Below, piece by piece: positions 34,958-39,392 of a stretch of 39,392 bases of DNA (positions within the stretch are counted from its first letter, which is position 1; every line of letters starts with the position of its first letter). Source of the stretch: Myxococcota bacterium (lineage in GTDB: Bacteria; Myxococcota_A; UBA796; GCA-2862545); NCBI GenBank assembly GCA_039208735.1, contig JBCCQY010000076.1:1-39392 (forward strand), in the 5' to 3' direction. A program made the position numbers and the translations under genes. The notes beneath the pieces were generated by a model that made no database searches, had not been told where the DNA came from, and saw nothing but the letters and a program-made list of their open reading frames with translations.

Positions 34958-37000
34958 CTAACGCGGGGCCTCGGGGAGCCTGCGCCTCAATTCGTCCGGA
35001 ACCACGACGTCTAGATCCCGCCACACCACTTGTCGCAGGCGTTCCTTCGAAAGCCGGGCGGCGTCTTTGCCCGTGGTGACCAGCGTGCACCCCTTGGCCC
35101 GCTCGAGGAGCATGCGCCATCGCGCCTCATGGATGGGCGCATGATCGGGCAAAGCCACCGCATCGACCACCTTCATGTCGCTCAGCGAGTCGAAGAAGTC
35201 GACGGGTCGCCCAATCCCCGCAAATGCCACGAGGGGACCCTTCGGCGGAGCGGGAACCCACGGGCCAGGGATTCGCTTGAGGGGCACCGTTCCCCCCGGT
35301 GCAGGGAAATGCGAAGAAACATGCGTCGCGATGCGGATGGTGGGCGCATCCGTCGGATGGCGGCCCGACCTTCGCTCGCCGACGGGCAGGGGGCCACGCG
35401 CCCCGGGGAACCGCGCATCGACCACTTCGACGCGTAGACTGGGAACGAGATCAGCGCGAAACAAGCCATCATCCGACAAAATGACCGAAGCCCCACGGGC
35501 GATCAGCGCGGCCACGCCGCGGGCCCGGTCGGCGCCCGCGGCCACCAACGCGCCAGCCCGGGCGTGGATGACCCCTTCGTCGCCCAGGCCAGCATGGTTC
35601 GAGGGATCGTCGCTCACCACCAACCCACGCGACGGTCGACGGTAGCCCCGCAGCACCACGCCCACCCGGTGCCCCCGGTTCCGGAGTTCCTGCACAAGCG
35701 CCCGAACCAACGAGGTTCGACCAGGGCTTCGTGCGTTTGCGCTCCCGACTACAATCGTGGGCACGTCGGAGTTTCGGTGAGCCCCCCGGCGTCGCAGGCG
35801 CCCCCCCAACGCCACGAGGGGCACGAGGGGCCAGGCCCAGGGTCGCGGACTCGCTTCGGGGGCTGGAGGCCCCAGGGTCGACAATGCCTGACGCCACGCG
35901 GCCGGAGGACCCGCCGATTCGCGAACCGGGGAGGAGTTCGCCCGGAGCAACGTCTGGAGGGTGGCCGGCAAGCTCTGCTCGGTCACGCGATGTGCCCCCA
36001 CCGAGTCGAACGCTTCTCCTTGAGCGTGGGTGTGGGGCCCGGCGATGACCGGAATACCGGCGGCAGCCGCTTCGAACGGCGAGTGGCCCCCGATGCGAGG
36101 ATCGAAGGTGCCTCCAATGATGGCGACGGTGGCAAAGGCCAAGTCAGCGGCGAGCATGCCGTGACGATCCCCCAAGATCACCTCTGCCGCCTTCAAGGCC
36201 TCTGGCGTGCATGCACTTCGCCGGACCACTCGCAGACCTCTGCTTCGAAGATCGGTTTCCACCTGGTCGACGCGATGAAGATGGCGAACCGCCAGATAGA
36301 CGAGCGGTCGGGATTCCAGTGCCGCGACCGCATCGACAATCCGCCCTTCATCGCCATCTCGAGTGCTCGCACCCACAACCGTAGGCCGAGGCAACCGCAG
36401 ACCTCCGGGCGGAGGAGGCACCCACGCCTTCGGATTGCCAAGAAGGCGCACATCGTCGTGCAACGTGCGAAAGAACGCGGCCGCATCGGCGTCGCGGGCC
36501 CACACGGTGGTGGTCGGAGCCCACAACCTCTGGAGAAGCCCGTGCGGCACGGCTCGCGTCCGCGCCGAGGCCTTCGCGCTGACTCGCCACACGGGAATGC
36601 CCGCCTTCGCCGCCCTTCGCGCCAACCCTGGCCAAAATGTTCCTTCGACAAAGCAAAGGAGCCGCGGACGGGCTTCGGCCCACAATGGCGCCAAGGCCAA
36701 GAGGTGATCGAGGGGACAGGCCGAGGCGTAGACCCCAGAGAAGCGAAGGGCCAATCGGGCCGCGGTGCGCCGCCCGGTGTCGGTGTCGGTCGTGATCAAC
36801 ACCGGCCGCGGCAGACTGGACAGCAGGCCTTCGACCACCCTCATTTCACCGACGCTGGCGCCATGGATCCAAATGCTGCCCGGCTGGACCGGCGCGACCG
36901 CGACCCCCAGTCGTTCTGCAAGATCGGCCCGCAACCTTGGATGGATGGCCGCGAGGGCCATTGCGGCGGGCAATGCAGGCAGCGTCAAGAGGTCCCACAC
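34958..37000 (-). CDS. waaA-lpxK: Fused 3-deoxy-D-manno-octulosonate transferase (WaaA/KdtA) / tetraacyldisaccharide 4'-kinase-like (LpxK) protein
   Basis: WaaA half: IWIHGASVGE, TTDTDTG, PLD, GNPK, GAST, VRH, GGHSPFEAAAAG.PVIAGPH. LpxK half: PTIVVG, RGY, GDE, DR, SDDG, PLPVG..R, AFAGIGRP..FF..L, PDH, LVTTGKDA. Single open frame of 680 aa. Confidence 0.85.
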   Translation of the reverse strand: MWDLLTLPALPAAMALAAIHPRLRADLAERLGVAVAPVQPGSIWIHGASVGEMRVVEGLLSSLPRPVLITTDTDTGRRTAARLALRFSGVYASACPLDHLLALAPLWAEARPRLLCFVEGTFWPGLARRAAKAGIPVWRVSAKASARTRAVPHGLLQRLWAPTTTVWARDADAAAFFRTLHDDVRLLGNPKAWVPPPPGGLRLPRPTVVGASTRDGDEGRIVDAVAALESRPLVYLAVRHLHRVDQVETDLRSRGLRVVRRSACTPEALKAAEVILGDRHGMLAADLAFATVAIIGGTFDPRIGGHSPFEAAAAGIPVIAGPHTHAQGEAFDSVGAHRVTEQSLPATLQTLLRANSSPVRESAGPPAAWRQALSTLGPPAPEASPRPWAWPLVPLVALGGRLRRRGAHRNSDVPTIVVGSANARSPGRTSLVRALVQELRNRGHRVGVVLRGYRRPSRGLVVSDDPSNHAGLGDEGVIHARAGALVAAGADRARGVAALIARGASVILSDDGLFRADLVPSLRVEVVDARFPGARGPLPVGERRSGRHPTDAPTIRIATHVSSHFPAPGGTVPLKRIPGPWVPAPPKGPLVAFAGIGRPVDFFDSLSDMKVVDAVALPDHAPIHEARWRMLLERAKGCTLVTTGKDAARLSKERLRQVVWRDLDVVVPDELRRRLPEAPR

Positions 37001-38568
37001 CGGCGGCCTCCCTCAATCGCGACCACGTCATCGGCAAACTGGACGAGCACGGGATCGTGAGCAACCACCACGATCGTCCGGTTCACCTTGGCGCGCTGCA
37101 GGATCTCCCCCAGGGCTGACGTCGTAAGGGCATCGAGCTGGCTCGTCGGTTCATCCAACAGCCAAATGCCCGCGCCTCGAGCAAAGGCACGCGCCAGGCA
37201 GAGCCGCTGCCGTTCTCCCCCCGACCATCCCCGGGCGGACTCCGCCAACACCGTGTCGAGGTCCAACTCGAGTTGAGCCTGGCGCAGCGCGTCCAGCAGG
37301 TTGGCGTCGGCGACGTTCGCTTGACCAAACAGAAGGTTCTCCCTCACGGAGCGTCCCCACAGCACGAGATCTTGTGGCACGACAGCGAGGGCTGCCTGGC
37401 GGTCCGCCGCATGCCAACGCCGCAGATCGACCCCACCGACCTCGACGGTGCCTCGTGAGGGGTCCATGGCGCGCCAGGCGAGCCGCAGCAGCGACGTCTT
37501 GCCTGCACCGGTGGGGCCGACAATGGCCAAGATGCGACCGGGTCGGGCTTCGAGGCTCACGTCGTGGAGGATGTCGCGGCCGTCGACCGTCCAACCCACG
37601 CCGACCCAGCGGAGCGACCAGGGCGCGGGGGGAGGCGGGTGCGGATCCGTGGGTTCGACGATCCGCGGGACCGTGGCGAGCGCTTCGTCGACCCGAGCGA
37701 GCGCGCCCAGCGAACGTTGAAGGAGCGCCCACACTTCCGCCAAGCCCCCCAGCGGCCGTTGGGCGAGGGCCGCGGCGGCGAGTACCGCGACGACATCGTT
37801 GAGTGGGGCCCAGGGCGCGATCACGACAAGCCCAATGGCGAACAGCACGAGCGCCTGGACCCCCATCCGAGGAAGCGTGCGGCCTACATCAAGGACCAGG
37901 CGGGCCGCTCGATCGCGCTCGGTTGCCTGCACAAATCGCTCGTGTTCCGCCCCCTCTGCGCCCAGGGCCTGCACGGTCTCGAGCCCGGCCAGTTGTGCGG
38001 TGACCAACCCCATCCAGTCCGCTCGGGCGCTCCGCTGGGCCTCTGACCAACGCCGTACCGCCCGCCCTCCCCAGGCCGCTCCCACCACCACGGGGGCCAA
38101 GATGAGGAGACCTAGTCCTGCGGCTTGGGGCGCCAACCACACGGTGACGCCTGCGAGGCCCAACAGCGTCAGGGGGTTGCGCAACGCCGTGACCAGGGCG
38201 CTCACCCCGTACTGCACTTGGTCGATCTCATCGCCCAACCTCGCCAACCGGTCGCCGAGCACCCCGCCCGGCGCGCCGTGAAGGTAGGCACGGTGGACGC
38301 GAATGCGGAGGTCTGCGGCCAGACTCCACGCCACGCGCTTTGTCAGCCACGTCCGAGCCACAAGCGCGCCGCCATGGACCGCACCGAGACCCACCAGGGC
38401 CAAGGCCCCGCGTCCCGAGGGCTGGTTCGCCATCATGGCCGAGACGATTTGGTGGACGAGCGCGACCACCGTGGCCGGAATCGCCGCCGTGAGCGTCAAC
38501 AAGCTGGCCGCAAGCCAAAGCGAGCCTGCATACGGTCGAAGTTCAACCAGGTACCGACGCAGCGTCAT
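36985..38568 (-). CDS. msbA: ABC transporter TMD+NBD half-transporter, MsbA-like (probable lipid A flippase)
   Basis: ATG 38568 (ATGA overlap), multi-TM N-terminal half, Walker A GPTGAGKT, Q-loop VVPQD, signature WSGGERQR, Walker B LLDEPTSQLD, H-loop AHD. Directly upstream of waaA-lpxK. Confidence 0.72.
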   Translation of the reverse strand: MTLRRYLVELRPYAGSLWLAASLLTLTAAIPATVVALVHQIVSAMMANQPSGRGALALVGLGAVHGGALVARTWLTKRVAWSLAADLRIRVHRAYLHGAPGGVLGDRLARLGDEIDQVQYGVSALVTALRNPLTLLGLAGVTVWLAPQAAGLGLLILAPVVVGAAWGGRAVRRWSEAQRSARADWMGLVTAQLAGLETVQALGAEGAEHERFVQATERDRAARLVLDVGRTLPRMGVQALVLFAIGLVVIAPWAPLNDVVAVLAAAALAQRPLGGLAEVWALLQRSLGALARVDEALATVPRIVEPTDPHPPPPAPWSLRWVGVGWTVDGRDILHDVSLEARPGRILAIVGPTGAGKTSLLRLAWRAMDPSRGTVEVGGVDLRRWHAADRQAALAVVPQDLVLWGRSVRENLLFGQANVADANLLDALRQAQLELDLDTVLAESARGWSGGERQRLCLARAFARGAGIWLLDEPTSQLDALTTSALGEILQRAKVNRTIVVVAHDPVLVQFADDVVAIEGGRRCGTS

Positions 38569-39392
38569 GGGGTGACCCGCCAGAGGTCCCAAGGCCCCAC
38601 GGAGCGTCCCTGGTCGTCCACCTCCACGATCGACTGGACTTCCACCACCGACGCAAAGCAGCAAGCGGTGCACCGGGGAGCCCCGGACCGCGCAGGCCGG
38701 ACGAAGAAGCCCGGTCGAAGCGGTTGCGGTCGCCACAAGTCGTACTGGGTGCGACGTCCGCATCCAGGGAGAACCGTGGCCCGAATGCCCGTGTGGTAGT
38801 GAACAAGTGCCGCTTCTTGGTAGCGCTCGGTGTAGATCGGAGCGTGGGCTCCCTGCGTGCCGTCGGCAGCCCCCTCCGGCAACGCCCAGCGGGCCACTCG
38901 GGTTGCCAGAAGCTCGCCTTCGGTGAAGCGGGTGGCCGGATCGATGGCGAACGTCGAGGACGGCACCAAAGGCGTCAAAGCGTGCGTCGCGATCAAGATC
39001 GATCCGGCAGCACCGGTGAGGGCCCCCAGCCACGCGAGGCGATGCCGCCAGCCCGTCATTGCGGCCAGTCCGACCCCCGCGCCCAGGTAGGCTGGCGCAG
39101 GCCAGTGAGCCTCGGGAGGGCCTGCGACGGCCGCGACGGCAAAGGCGACTCCGACCGGCACCGAGGTCGCCCACGCCAGTCGCGCGGCCCGCGTCGAAGG
39201 CCAGCGCAAGGCAAACGCGACTGCCGCCATCCAGGCGAAGGGGGTGGCGAAAGCGGCTTGCTCGCCCAGCTGACGCGCCAGCCCCAAGAGCCCTGGTGGA
39301 TGGGGGGACTGGAGGTTCTCCGTCAGCTGAAAGGCAAGGGTCACGCCGTCATGAGCCAGTAGCCACGCCAGGAACGGCACCAGCAGCGCCAC
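38565..39392 (-). CDS. Integral-membrane glycosyltransferase, GT39/ArnT-like (5'-truncated by window edge)
   Basis: P.L.W...HD....FQ and HWPAPAY motifs typical of the PMT_2/ArnT-like family, multiple TMs and a periplasmic C-terminal domain (YQEAA...Y, TQYDLW). Located in a lipid A cluster. Confidence 0.65.
   Translation of the reverse strand: MALLVPFLAWLLAHDGVTLAFQLTENLQSPHPPGLLGLARQLGEQAAFATPFAWMAAVAFALRWPSTRAARLAWATSVPVGVAFAVAAVAGPPEAHWPAPAYLGAGVGLAAMTGWRHRLAWLGALTGAAGSILIATHALTPLVPSSTFAIDPATRFTEGELLATRVARWALPEGAADGTQGAHAPIYTERYQEAALVHYHTGIRATVLPGCGRRTQYDLWRPQPLRPGFFVRPARSGAPRCTACCFASVVEVQSIVEVDDQGRSVGPWDLWRVTP

Overview
This is a high-GC bacterial chromosomal window with about 33 densely packed CDSs, mostly core housekeeping genes. 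A deltaproteobacterial/Myxococcota-like origin is inferred from the MopE-type repeats, an extra Hsp70 paralogue, a Hanks kinase and the folP-cdaA-cdaR-glmM order. Plus strand, 1-9545: gap (5'-partial)-pgk-tpiA-dnaJ-like-LpoA/LppC-like protein-thiL-two CNNM/CorB-type proteins. A small divergent hypothetical gene follows. Plus strand, 10196-17835: atypical Hsp70-trmJ-murA-dnaG-rpoD. Minus strand, >39392-17886, is one ~21.5 kb run: GT39/ArnT-like-msbA-like-fused waaA/lpxK-TIGR02757-secreted hypothetical-Trm112-GT4-MopE-repeat protein-RNHCP-tilS-ftsH-folP-cdaA-cdaR-glmM-nnr-tsaE-comEA-cysteine desulfurase-Ser/Thr kinase. I found no rRNA, tRNA, CRISPR array, IS or phage genes, and no clear new multi-gene defence or mobile system. 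The most unusual signals are at protein level: (1) a WaaA-LpxK fusion whose kinase P-loop is degenerate; (2) a lid-less Hsp70 ending in a MinD-like amphipathic membrane-targeting helix; (3) an 8-residue lipoprotein-like signal (MWAFLLAC) that cannot be extended upstream; (4) an Fe-S/HhH-like TIGR02757 gene in the msbA-lpxK-x-ycaR slot; (5) a thiL whose conserved N-terminus has no in-frame canonical start and lies behind a hairpin and uORFs. All family calls come from motif recognition by eye; no database searches were run.
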